Source: Anolis carolinensis (Eukaryota). Taken from it: DNA of 64,000 nucleotides. A program made the translations under genes and the position numbers. Positions 49,309 through 61,670 of this stretch are shown here, piece after piece (within the stretch, counting starts at the first letter, position 1; every line of letters starts with the position of its first letter). A model generated the notes under the pieces. The model made no database searches. It was not told the DNA's origin and was given only the letters and a program-made list of their open reading frames with translations. Where the stretch lies: contig NC_085845.1 in assembly GCF_035594765.1 (NCBI RefSeq), forward strand, positions 131,022,897 through 131,086,896, given 5' to 3'.

Positions 49309-50724
49309 ATGTAAGCATTTAGTGTGTACATTTTGGTGTCCCCTCTCCCCATAAACAGCACTGGGATGGGGAGGAGCTTGATGGTCAATGGCATCATTAA
49401 CTACAACTCTCAGAATCCACTAGATAACATTATCAATGGAGACAATTAACAGGGAGTTCTAAGAGGTGTAGTTCCCCAAAGTAATCTTTTCAAGCCTTGG
49501 TTCCCCCTCATTGTTTCTCTTTGGAATGAGATCCACTTTGTCTCCATCTCAACTGAAGCGGTGTTGCACAATAATAGTAGTGAGGCAAACACTTGTAGCT
49601 GATCTGTTGTTTTTGATTTCAGCTCTCACAGTGACATCAATTACTTCGTATTTACGGTGATGGCGTCATACACTCATTACCCTGAATAAGACAATCCTAT
49701 TTGTTGTGTTCCATGTTGGAAAGGTCATTTGTAAATCTCAAACAGTCATAACACATTGAAGACATTGCCAAATTTCCATGGCATTGTTACACCCTTTGCC
49801 CTGGGTGAGCTCAGAATAATAAGCCTTTGCCAAGATCTGACATTTAAAAGTCAGGCCCTGCTTTGTTGTTTTTAATGATAATATTTTGATAATATTTGAG
49901 TTATTTGTTAGCACGACATAGAGGAAGATACTGAAGAGAAAGCAAAATAAAATGATATGGTCCCATTCTGTTGGGATTCTGTTGTCTAATGAGATTTTCT
50001 TGTGTTTCTTGCTTTTATACATACATAATTTGGTTCAGGCTTACAGCGTACAACCACAACAGAACAATAGTTTCATCTCCAGGTCTGGGCTACATTGTAA
50101 GTACACAAGGCAAAATCCAACAAGTTTATTCCAGAAAGTAAGTAAAAATTGGAAGTGGAAAATTGTCAGTAATCCCCTTTTTGCTTGATATCTTCTGTGC
50201 TACCAGATCTGTCCTGATTGAGCACATTCTATTAAGTTATTACCTGTTGTGTAAATAAGTATTTTTCTTTTTAGTTTCTAAAAAATTCTATATACACAAA
50301 GAAGCATCAGATAATCAATAAAAAGATAATTCCAAGTTATACAAGGGGTGAGGGAAACTTTCCATTTCAAATTGATATCTCCAATGCTCTATTAAAAATT
50401 TATATATAATGTTATTGTTAATGCACCAGATGTTTCCATACATCTTCTAAGATACTGAATGCATCTAAACTGTGGTTATCATAAGAGATAAAGAGAGTTT
50501 TCTGAAAACTCTGGAGTATCCCACGACTGAAACAGATGAACTCAAACTTCCAAAAGTGTGATGAGGATAAGCAGTGATTTCCAAATTCCTCTTACAAAAA
50601 AATAGTGACAATATATTGTCCTACAAGACCTAAAAAAAGATCTTCTTGAAAAATTCCTTGTTGAATAAAATTAGAGTTATAAGTGGAAAATTATGATTTT
50701 TACTTTCTAATGAATAAAATGGAA

Positions 50725-50725
<1 letters not shown>

Positions 50726-50779
<54 letters not shown>

Positions 50780-50870
50780 TTTATTTTTATATCCCACCCC
50801 ATATCCCCAAAGGGACTCGGGGCGGCTTACATGGGGCCAAGCCCAGGTCAAACAAGCAATACAAAATATG
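50726..50870 (-). mobile_element. L2 3' tail with (TTA)n
   Basis: Reverse of the L2 terminal stem. Confidence 0.85.
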
Positions 50871-50877
50871 CACAAAA

Positions 50878-51098
50878 AGCTAGTGTGGTGTAGTAGTTTG
50901 AGTATCGGACTAGAATTCCAGGTAACCAGGGTTTGAATATTGCTTCAGCCATGGAAAACCACTGGGTGTCTTAGACAAGTCACTCTCAGCCTCAGAGTAC
51001 ATAAATTCTGAAAATGGTCTGCATTCTCTAAATAATTTTTTTCCCCATAAAACATTATGAAAGGGCCACCATAAGTCAGAGTCAACTTGAGGCAACAA
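50878..51098 (+). mobile_element. Old tRNA-derived CORE-like SINE with RTE-type tail
   Basis: A box (GTGGTGTAGTAG), B box (GGTTTGAAT), ACAAGTCACTCTCAGCCTCAG core and CCATAAGTCAGAGTCAACTTGA tail. Confidence 0.65.
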
Positions 51099-53062
51099 GA
51101 AAATGAGCTGTACTGAGAAGGAACAAGGAGAACAGTTGGCAGAGAAAGGGTTATGCCTCTTGGGCTTTTGCTCGAGTCTTTCCTCCAAATACTCTTCTTT
51201 GCAATTCTCTGTCTACAGCACCTTGCCAACAACACACATTTGGCAAAGAAACATGTTGTTCCATGCCGAGCCACAATGGCTCACATGTAAATGTATATTT
51301 AAGTATTTCTGTTGGTGGAGGAATCAGAAGTTGAAAGCCCCTTCAGGCGTCTGGCTGGCGACAACAGCAAATGAATCAGCAGCCTTATCCGCAGATTATC
51401 AATTCTTCATCACCCTAGGACAGAATCAATCAATGTCCTTTAATGTCTGGAAATATTTTCCCTTTCAGATGGCTCCTTCTATTTTTCAAAGCTTTGGATC
51501 ACCATGCAAGGGGAATTTATTCCACAGACAACAAATTAGCCCAATCGATACTACCCAAAAGCTTTAAATTATTAATAATTTGCCCTCCTTGGGCCACCAG
51601 GTTTGCTAATGTATGCATGTGTATGCATGTATCCATCTCTAAAACATGCATGATTAAATAGGCTGCCATTATTCCATATTTCCCAGATAGAGAGACTGAG
51701 ACAAACAGAGACAGAGAGAGAACTATCCCAGGTTTCCAGGAATGCGAATCCAGTTGAAAGAAAAAGAGAGAAGGAAAAGAGAAAGGAAGGAAGGAAGGGG
51801 AAGAGGAAGAGGAAGAGGAAGGAGAGGACAGAAGGGAGGAAAAGGAAAGGAAAAGAGAAGAATTTGCCAATTTTCGTTTCATGTTTTGGCAGGTAATTAG
51901 AATTCTTAAATGCCTTCCAGTTCTCTCACTAGGGAGAAAGATTAAAAAAATAAACAAGTAAGTCAATACTCTTTAATGGCATTCCAGCTGTCTCTGTTCT
52001 CAGAGCCTTGTTTTCAGACAGCCATGTCAGCATTCTCACTGAAATAAATGTTATTGGCCTGAAGTGCCAATACAGAATGGCTCCACAGCAACTGCTGATG
52101 TGCACACTTTGGTGCCAGAGATAGCTTAGGCAAAATGAGTATATCTATATATACATATAGGTATAGCTATCTCTTTGGGGCACAGGAGAGGGACCAGAAG
52201 AGAAAAGATTACAAGTTTCATCATCTGACAAACAACTTAGAAGGAAGGAGAGTGTTCCCAAGATCATTTAAAAAAATCCAAATTAATACAGGAAAAAATG
52301 TCATTCCTTTGGGTTTGCTTTCCATAATTACCAATGCAAATTTGACATTGTCATTCAGTGCTTCAGGGTGTATCCATGATTCCTTAATGTGGATTGCTTG
52401 ACACATTTCACATAGTTCATTCTCTAATTTATCTAGACTTCAGTATAAATATGCAAAGGAATTGTTTAAAGGAAATGCCTATGAGGATGTGAAGACTTAT
52501 CACGCCCTCCCCACTAGATTTGTTTTCTTATTACATTTAAATATTGTTCTTACTTTATTGTAAGGAATATATTGGTGACAATGGCTGTCATCCCTCACTA
52601 ATCACTATAGAGAATGGAAAGTATAGTCTGACAGCACTGGAAAGCCATACATTCCCCATTTCTATTTTACTCATGGACGAACCAGTCTATTTGTCCATAA
52701 ATACTTCACTCCAATTGGCAGAAAGTTACCCAGGGTCTTTCGATCAAGCTACATACTTGCAAATATGTCTCTGCATCTAATATGCACATTTGTCATTTGT
52801 TTAAAACAGGTGGAAGGAATAATAAGTGATGGAAACAGAATAGGCATGGGTGATTTAGTTTTTTTTCTCTCCTGTTGAGGTCCTAAGGAAAATCCTTCTT
52901 TAGTATTTTCTGGAGGGGAGGGAATCTGTCATAGTTGTTTCTGAAATGCTACATTGGATATTGTCAAAGTATTCCAACTAAGTATATATGTTTCACTGAT
53001 GTACTCATGGGTCGTTTAACATGATTTTGGGAGCAGGTGATGTAAAGAAGTTCTTTTCTTTT

Positions 53063-53212
53063 GGATTGCTGTGAGTTTTTTTATTTTTTGGCTGTATGGC
53101 CATGTTCCAGCAGTATTCTTTCCTTATGTTTCGCCTGAATCTGTGAACATGGCCATGCTGCCTAAAAAACTAACAGCAACCCAATAATTCCAGCCATGAA
53201 AGCCTTTGACAA
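53063..53212. mobile_element. Second Penelope-like hairpin fragment
   Basis: GGCCATGTTC..GAACATGGCC inverted arms, ending CCATGAAAGCCTTTGACAA. Confidence 0.75.
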
Positions 53213-53267
53213 TGCATTTCTTTTTTTCCATGGCACTATACTGTAGTTGTTTTTTTTTTTTACCCAT

Positions 53268-53580
53268 TCTTCTTCTTCTTCTTCTTTACTCATTCAGTCG
53301 TTTTCAACTCTTTGTGATCTCATGGACCAGTCCACGCCAGAGCTCCCTGTCGGTCGTTGCTGCCCCCAGCTTCTTCAAGGTCGAGCCAGTCACTTCAAGG
53401 ATACCGTCCATCCATCTCACCCTTGGCCGGCCTCTTCCTTTTTCCTTCCATTTTCCCCAGCATCATGATCTTCTCCAAGCTTTCCTGTCTCCTCATGATG
53501 TGGCCAAATACTTCAGCTTTGCCTCTAGTATCCTTCCCTCCAGTGATCAGTTGGGCATTATTTCCTGGAGGATGGACTGG
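53268..53580 (-). mobile_element. BovB LINE 3' fragment
   Basis: Homologous to 29921-30230; TSD TTTTTACCCAT (53257-53267, 53599-53609). Confidence 0.95.
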
Positions 53581-53598
53581 GTTAGGGTTAGGGTTAGG
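53579..53598 (+). repeat. Interstitial telomeric repeat (TTAGGG)3
   Basis: GGGTTAGGGTTAGGGTTAGG read directly. Confidence 0.9.
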
Positions 53599-54499
53599 TT
53601 TTTACCCATAGAAGCCACAATTTGTTTGTGAGATCAAGTAGTGATTATAGATAAAGGGGTATGAAGACATTTCAAAAGGTTTTACTTGTATTGACTCATG
53701 CTGTCTGAGATCTCATTTACATGAGTTGCTTAATCTGGAGACAGTCCAGAGCTGAAAAGCCCTGGTCTATCCATGGAGGTGGGCACGCAAGAATCTCAGC
53801 CTGTGATGACAGCATATCAGAGTCCATATGGTCTAGATAAACCAAAAACATGTTGCCCCATGCTGGACCTTACCATCTGTATCACAATCGCCACTCCTGA
53901 ATGGCCACAGATCTTCAAGAGCTCCTGGCCATCACAGGTGCCCCATGCTGACATCAGCATGATCCTAAAGAAGGAGGGAGGCAATCTCCACCTCTTCCTG
54001 GTCACATGAACACCTCTGTATAAAACACTCATAATGGCCAGGAGCTCTCACGAAGATTTGAAGTCATCTAGGAGTGGCAACAACGGTAACACAGGTCTCA
54101 CTCAACCCCCTTTCCTGTGCTAATGATGAGGTCTTGTTGTCCACACTGTGCCAAAGCATCCAGGTTGCTCCAGAGTTTTGACCAAACTTTAGAGCATCCT
54201 CTGACATTTCTTAACACAGGGCTAAACCAAGTTAACATGGTTTACTCACAATAATGACTGGGAGTGGCAGAACATAGTGGGAACAACCAGAACAGCTGGT
54301 TTTTAAGCCCATCTAGATAGGCCCTGAGTGTGGTGGTTAAGGCTGGTTAGGATGTCCTACCTTTGTGCGAGATGTTGCATACATTGTGACAGCAAGGAAG
54401 CAAACACTGCAGGAGAGTATGCATTTTCATGCTTTGTTCCATTTGTGCAAAGACCTTCTCTAAAGTCTCTTCACTTTGTGAAGCTAAGCTCACACATAC

Positions 54500-55257
54500 T
54501 GCTGCTGCTGCTCAGTCGTTTAGTCATCTCCGACTCTTCGTGACCTCATGGACCAGTCCACGCCAGAGCTCCCTGTCGGCCGTTACCGCCCACAGTTCCT
54601 TCAAGGCCAAGCCAATCACTTCAAGGATACCGTCCATCCATCTTGCCCTTGGTCAGCCTCTCTTCCTTTTTCCTTCCATTTTCCCCAGCATTTTGATCTT
54701 TTCCAAGCTTTCCTGTCTCCTCATGATGTGGCCAAAATACTTCAGCTTTGCCTCTAATATCCTTCCCTCCAGTGAGCAGTCGGGTTTTATTTCCTGGAGT
54801 ATGGACTGGTTTCATCTTCTCGCGGTCCAAGGCACTCTCAGGATTTTCCTCCAGCACCAGAGTTCAAAAGCGTCTATCTTCCTTCGCTTAGCCTTCCTTA
54901 TGGTCCAGCTCTCGCATCCATAGGTTACTATGGGGAATACCATTGCTTTGACTATGCGGACCTTCATTGCCAGTGTGATGTTTCTGCTCTTCACTATTTT
55001 GTCAAGGTTGGCCATTGCTCTCCTTCCAAGAAGTAAACGTCTTCTGATTTCCTGGTTGCAGTCTGCATCTGCAGTGATCTTCGCGCCTAGAAATATAAAG
55101 TCTGTCACTGCCTCCATGTTTTATCCCTCTATTTGCCAGTTATCAATAGGTGTAGTTGCCATGATCTTGGTTTTCTTGACGTTTAACTGCAACCCAGCTT
55201 TTGCACTTTCTTCTTTCACCTTGGTGATAAGGCTCCTCAGCTCCTCCTCGCTTTCGG
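54500..55257 (-). mobile_element. BovB LINE 3' fragment (758 bp)
   Basis: ESEEELRSL..GLQLNVKKTKIM..FIFLGAKI..YGCESWT; perfect 12-bp TSD GCTCACACATAC. Confidence 0.97.
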
Positions 55258-56874
55258 GCTCACACATACACCATATAGCAAACAAAGCAAGAATGGAGGG
55301 CTTGCTCAAAAAGATGTATCAACTCATCCAATATGTCTACCTTTTAACAGCTCATGTGATGAGGCAGCAGTTGCTGTCTGTTTAAATTTTGTTTGATTAC
55401 AGGTAAGATAAAAATTGTGCAGATTGACCAGAACCCTGTTGGTATGCATACACCAGGTCCCTTAGGGAAGCAGCTGAACATTTTTGTTTGTAGTAGAATG
55501 TATGACTCCAGTTCAAGGTTGTGGTAGCGGAGTTGTGTTTGTAGTGCCACTGAACAGGCATTGGGCATGCAATGTGCATTCCAGTGCACATCTGTCTTTG
55601 GATTCAGGTGCACAGTAAGTTGTGCATTAGGGTGTAAAATCAACTGCATGCTGTTGCAGTTAGGCCCAGTGGTTACATAGTAGCACAATTACTGAGTAAC
55701 TCCATATGTGGGAATTTACTCTACGATATTCCAATGCTGAATTTTGGACATTATCTGCTGGATAAAATCCTTACAATTTCATAACAGTATCCTTTTTTGG
55801 TGCATTCTTGTTCAGTGAGTTAAGATTTACATTTCTACAAGGAAGCTAGAAAATTATACTGTACAATAAAATTTTCTGTGAATATTGTCCATGGTTTGAG
55901 GCTTTGTTTATACTTATTGAATTGGTACAGGACCGCTTGCTTTAATACAACTGACTAATATTGTGTTAGTCGTGCCAATCCCCTTTATATGTTATGCCAA
56001 CTAACTTCAAAAGATGTTTTGATTTTATTACTTCTTCTGCTTCATAAAGAGGTTGAACGGACATCCCTTGTGTTTTTTCACTTGTCTGTTTTGCTCAGCA
56101 AAAGCCCACACTTCCATTTTTGACTCCTTACAGTTGTATTTTCTCCCCACACTTTTCTATTTATGGACATCAGCTCTTGCAAAAGCTTTCAAATCTAGTC
56201 AAATTGATAGCTTCTGAAACATGGAAATGTCAACAGAGTTTGGGTTCAACTGAACTCTAACAAGCCTTTTGAAGTTTACATCTGCTTAGATTCTGTTCCC
56301 AACTGTCAGACCAACCCAAGAATAAGAAGATATAAATAGCTTGGCAGCATCTTGCACTTCCAAACTATCTACACCTAATTTCAGTAGGTTTTATGTCTTT
56401 GTTGAGCCTGGCCAGTGTATGTGCTTAAACTAGGTAGGCTTGCCAAAAAGAAGTATATTTTAAACAGTGAAACCAGCCTCTGCTGCATTTGAAAAGGATA
56501 GCTCTTCCTGTGGTCATGTAAACAATCCTTTTTCTTTTCCTTGTTTTCTTTCAGTATTCTTTTTTTAAAAAATACATTGGGTGGTAACTGTAAAAGAAAA
56601 TTCAAGGTTTAGATTTCCTTTCTGAAATGCTATTTACAAACAGAAAGGGTGGAGGGAAAAGAAGTAAATCTTAAAATAATAAGCAGCATCCAATTTATTG
56701 CATAGGCCATTACACATTTTGCTGCCTCAAATGTTAGCACTGTTTCTGGATATATTTGATCTGCTGATTCCAAAATGGCACCAGTTTTCCCTATTGGATT
56801 TAGTTTTTGAGATACAGAACATATGCCATGGAGACATATGCCATCTGCCACATTGACTAGCCTATTTAGTCAGT

Positions 56875-58145
56875 CTTTTAGATGTGAACATCTAGAAACA
56901 AATGCGGTCATTGCTAATAGCCAACACGGATTTACCAAAAACAAGTCATGCCAGACTAATCTGATCTCTTTTTTCAATAGAGTTACGAGTTGGGTCGATA
57001 CAGGTAATGTTGTGGATGTAGCCTACCTGGATTTCAGTAAGGCCTTCGACAAAGTCCCCCACAACCTTCTGGCAAACAAGCTAGTCAAATATGGGCTAGA
57101 CAAAACTACGGTTAGGTGGATCTGTAATTGGCTAAGTGAACGAACCCAAAGGGTGCTCACCAATGCGTCATCTTCATCTTGGAAAGAAGTCACGAGTGGA
57201 GTGCCGCAGGGTTCTGTCCTGGGCCCGGTTCTGTTCAACATCTTTATTAACGACTTAGATGAAGGGTTAGAAGGCACGATCATCAAGTTTGCAGATGACA
57301 GCAAACTGGGAGGGATAACTAACACAGGAGCAGAATTTAAAACAATCTTAACAGATTAGAGAATGAAGTTCAACAGGGACAAATGCAAGATACTTCACTT
57401 CGGCAGAAAAAATGGAATGCAAAGATACAGAATGGGGGACGCCTGGCTAGACAGCAGTACATGTGAAAAAGATCTTGGAGTCCTTGTGGACAACAATTAA
57501 AACATGAGCCAGCAATGTGATGCGCCTGCTAAGAAAGCCAACGGGATTTTGGCCTGCATCAATAGGGGTATAGCATCTAGATCCAGGGAACTCATGGTTC
57601 CCCTCTACTCTGCCTTGGTCAGACCACACCTGGAATACTGTATCCAATTCTGGGCACCGCAGTTGAAGGGAGATGTTGACAAGCTGGAAAGCGTCCAGAG
57701 GAGGGCAACTAAAATGATCAAAGGTCTGGAGAACAAGCCCTATGAGGAGCGACTTAAAGAACTGGGCATGTTTAGCCTGCAAAAGAGAAGGCTAAGAGGA
57801 GACATGATAGCCATGTACAAATATGTGAGGGAAAGTCATAGGGAGGAGGGAGCAAGCTTGTTTTCTGCTGCCCTGCAGACTAGGACGTGGAACAATGGCT
57901 TCAAACTACAGGAAAGGAGATTCCATCTGAACATCAGGAAGAATTTCCTCACTGTGAGGGCTGTTCAGCTGTGGAACTCTCTCCCCCGGACTGTGGTAGA
58001 GGATCCTCTTTGGAGGCTTTTAAACAGAGGCTGGATGGCCATCTGTCGGGGGTGCTTTGAATGAGATTTCCTGCTTCTTGGCAAGGGGTTGGACTGGATG
58101 ACCCGTGAGGTCTCTTCCAACTCTACGATTCTATGATTCTATGAT
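56875..58145 (+). mobile_element. Relatively young 5'-truncated CR1 LINE
   Basis: QHGF..KSCQTNL, YLDFSKAFD, GVPQGSVLGP, FADD and RPHLEYC motifs; (ATTCTATG)n tail; internal deletion with frameshift. Confidence 0.97.
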
Positions 58146-59329
58146 TTTCATGATCCAACATATGATTTGCAGAATGAACAAATAAGTAATGCAAAATCTG
58201 GCTAACTATATATGGGGAACTAGATCATGGTAACCCTGAGAGAAAGATTCCTCCTTGCCGGTATCAATTAGGGGAAGAATTAGATGTTAAAACGCTGATG
58301 AATAGTAAGGTGGAGGAAAACATAACCAAGAAAATTTGGAGAAATTAACTGCATAATATGTAAATGTATCTCTCCAGTCCCAACTAAAAGGCACAATTAA
58401 GTGCAATTTTCCCCTCTGTTTTTTTTTTCCTGCAAGTAATTTGCAATGTTCTTATAACAGTTTCTTAATTTGAGGTGTAAAACTAATCCATTTGGCTCTC
58501 CCCTGCTATATCTAAAAGTGTGAATCATATGTCCCATAACTAACTGTTTATGTGAGCAATTATAAGATTTACACTGTTTGTACACGAGGTGTATTTTGCT
58601 GCCATGCAAATTATATGTACATTTACACAGGCATATTAAACACATCTGGCTGGGTATATTCTCCATATGGTTTCATATGACACATATTTTCCCAGGAATT
58701 TATCCATCTTGCTAATGATCTATGCCCTTTATTCCTACTGACATACTGTATTTTCTTTAATTTGTTTTAGAGATTTATTCTTTGCTGCTTCTTGATCGTC
58801 TTTTCTTTCTATCTTTTGGCAGACATGCAATCACATTTGACACTTGCCTTTCTTCAAGACCATGGTTTCTGACTTTCCTCTCCTTTGGTTGCACTTACTA
58901 TTGTATATCTTTCATGATCTTATTAGATCTAGGGTAAGGAGGGAAATCCTGTCTGATTTTATTCTCATACACGGGAGCCAAACCTCAACCTTTTTTGTCA
59001 CTGGAAGAGGAATGCCTTATTTTTAAAAGTCTTTTTCACAAAGTGTATGAAGTATTTCTATTCAAATTTTAATGGTTTTTTTTTTTTTTACAAAATACAT
59101 TGCTGCTACCTTCTTGTTAAAAATAGAATAATAGGATTGGTCGTTTGCCTCTTGGATCACAAATTCTGTCCTTGTTTGCTTTGATGCTTAACAGCTGGCA
59201 AAAGTAGCTTCTTGCACAAAGGTTTGAGACTTTGGACTCTTCTAGACTGGCCAGATATCGGGATTTGGCAGTAATTGATTCTGAAATGGTCAGGATTTTT
59301 AAACTTTTCATGTGATTTTTCCTTCAGAG

Positions 59330-59490
59330 GCTTTTCCTTCCCTTCCTTCCCTTATTATATTTTGATTTCCAGAATGAATGATTTTTTTCTCCCCCCACCC
59401 ATTATTTTACAGTTGTAATCCTAAAATGGTATAGTGCTTTAGCGTTTTATTGTTATAATAAAGAAGATTTTAAAAAAAAAAAAAAAAAAA
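59330..59490 (+). mobile_element. Poly(A)-tailed retroposon 3' end (L1-like)
   Basis: Pyrimidine-rich UTR, AATAAA and about 19 A. Confidence 0.45.
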
Positions 59491-60245
59491 CAAACCAGCA
59501 AATGTACTAGTCAGGGAATACAGATGTGGAGGGCAGAACATGGCCAGGAATTGAGTTCATGAGAGGGATGACAAGGAGATTGAAGGAACCAGTAGTTAAT
59601 CATTTCTCAAACAGGTTATTTTTAAAGAGTCAATGAAACTTCTGTTTATATATAGGCCTTCTTAATACAGGAAAAGTTATCACAGCATATGAAACCCAGA
59701 AACATAATAGGTTGACTCATACTAAAGCTATTAACCTGCCTGGTGAAGCCCCTTGACATTGGAAAATGACCTTATATTTTCAGTCTCACAAAACAATGAA
59801 AGACATCATTGTCATCAAGATATTTTTGAGGTGGGGCTTGAGATGCTTTCTCATTGAGGGTGACAACCTTTGGGAATATTCTAGAAAATCCTACTTTGTT
59901 TTAAAGATAAGATTTTGCTTGGTCCACATTTTATTTTAAGTGAACTGACCCAATTCCTTTACTTGCAGTCAAAATGAAATGGAAAAAAATGTCTTGGGGC
60001 CTACATTGGGGAAAAAAGTGGACCAATGCAACAGGGTCTTATGATCTGATTAAATTAGATTGTGGTTAGCAAAATGCATACTCCAGTTATATAAAATGGC
60101 TTAATAAAATTGTGTTCCTTATATAAAATGGCAAAACCAATGCTTGCTATTTGGAATTTTATATTTGAATATTTTGAAGCTGTGGATGCTGAAATATCCA
60201 CATACCGAATAAGTAGATACAGAAGGTTGACAGAAATACATGAAA

Positions 60246-61387
60246 TGTTATGATTGAGCCTCATGGCTCTGTTACTGACAGACGTGGGCGTAAGACTCCT
60301 CGAGAGTCAGATACTCTCGAGGAGCGAGAAAGAAAAAGACTGCGAGACATTTTTGCAGCACCATCTGACGAAGAGTCTTTTGAGGGGTTTACGGAGAGAA
60401 TGGAGGAGGGGCTGGTTAGCTCGGAGGAGGATGAGATGGATTGGACTCGGGTAAGGGAGGAATTGGGTGCCACTGGTCATGATGGGATAGAAGATGAATG
60501 GGGACCTTCAGGATTAGACCCATGGCTTAGCTGGAGGGATGGGACGGGATCCACAGCTGGAGATGCTGTGGGGCGTAGTCAGAGGTGTTCCAGCTCTGAT
60601 GAGGAAAGTGATGAGGAAACGCCCGGGTTAAGGAGGACAGCTGACAGTGATGAGGATTTGTAACTGGCATAAAATGGGGCTTGGGAGCAATTGCAAATTG
60701 CGTTGGGCAAGGTAATCTGGACGAACGCTTGGGATCTGTGTGGGACGCTTTCCTGAAGACTGGTGTGTTTTCCTGTGCTGAGACGTAAGTTGTTTTGGAA
60801 TTCAGGGTCAGACGGCGGGAGGAATTGTGTGGGCATTTGTTTGTGCAAACCTGTGCTTACTCTTATTAGCTTGACCTTCCGTCGTCTTCTTGACGGACGC
60901 CATCTCCTGTTTTGAAAACTCGGACTGAACTGACCACGGCTTGTCTTCCCCCCTTCTTGGACTTGGAATCTACAAACGTCTGCTTCTGGCTTTGATCTAC
61001 GGAAAGGAACTGGGTCTACTCTACTGCTACAATCCTTGGCTGATCTGTTCGTGTTGGAAATCCTGTCTGCTGTGTGTGTGGGAGCGACGCAAGTTACTCT
61101 AAGCACAGTGTTGGCAGCAGAGAGGAATCTGCTGCCAATTAGTTGCATTCTTTTGTATCTTTTGTTCCTCGGCTTTTGTTTTGTTTATCCCCAGGCTGAA
61201 GCAAGCAGTTTGTTTTTACCCGGATTAAACTCCGGTTTAATCCGGTTTATCTTTTGAATGTTTTTCCTTGCCCCTTTTTGCTCCTAAAGGCTAATACTGC
61301 CTGGCCCTTGTATTTTACGGGCATTTTTGAGTTCTGTAATCCAATAAACTCTGTTATCTTGAACCTTGTGGCGTTCTGTCCTTGACA
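60246..61387 (+). mobile_element. Solo LTR, 1142 bp (Gypsy-like retrotransposon)
   Basis: TGTTA...TGACA termini; perfect 5-bp TSD TGAAA; CATAAAA at 60668 and AATAAA at 61343; CpGs retained, suggesting young age. Confidence 0.92.
60250..60663 (+). CDS. LTR U3-encoded acidic protein or protein tail with NLS-like basic patches and an ExFxGF (LEDGF IBD / TND-interacting) motif
   Basis: 137 intact codons filling U3 up to the TATA-like box; frame also open from LTR nt 2; RRGRK..RERKRLRDIFAAPSDEESFEGFT. Confidence 0.65.
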   Translation: MIEPHGSVTDRRGRKTPRESDTLEERERKRLRDIFAAPSDEESFEGFTERMEEGLVSSEEDEMDWTRVREELGATGHDGIEDEWGPSGLDPWLSWRDGTGSTAGDAVGRSQRCSSSDEESDEETPGLRRTADSDEDL

Positions 61388-61670
61388 TGAAACACAAAGA
61401 TTTATATAAAAAACCTATTGCATCCTCCCTTTCGACTCTAGACCTTTTCACATTTTGTGATTTAGTTGTCTGCACAAAAAAAAGTACATAAATGCATAGA
61501 GTAGCCAAGTTTTACTATGGCCCAAAAATCTCTCTATGATCATTTGGAAAGCTTCTGTATAACCCAGAAAAAACATTCAGCATAACGGGGCAATTGCTTG
61601 AGGTTGGAAAATAAGAATTTCAGGAAGGTGCTGAAAGATAGAGCTGCATGTGAGCTGCTCTGTATCCTCT

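Noticed and set aside
54429-55385. 150-164 aa plus-strand ORFs
   Set aside because: Antisense shadows of the BovB ORF; likewise at 29922, 48951 and 53206
56700-56850. Possible DNA-transposon terminal fragment (CTGCTGATTCCAAAA)
   Set aside because: No partner end or TSD visible; family cannot be supported from sequence alone
60579-61148. 189-aa antisense ORF in the LTR
   Set aside because: No recognisable motif or compositional signature; likely incidental, though worth rechecking in the family consensus
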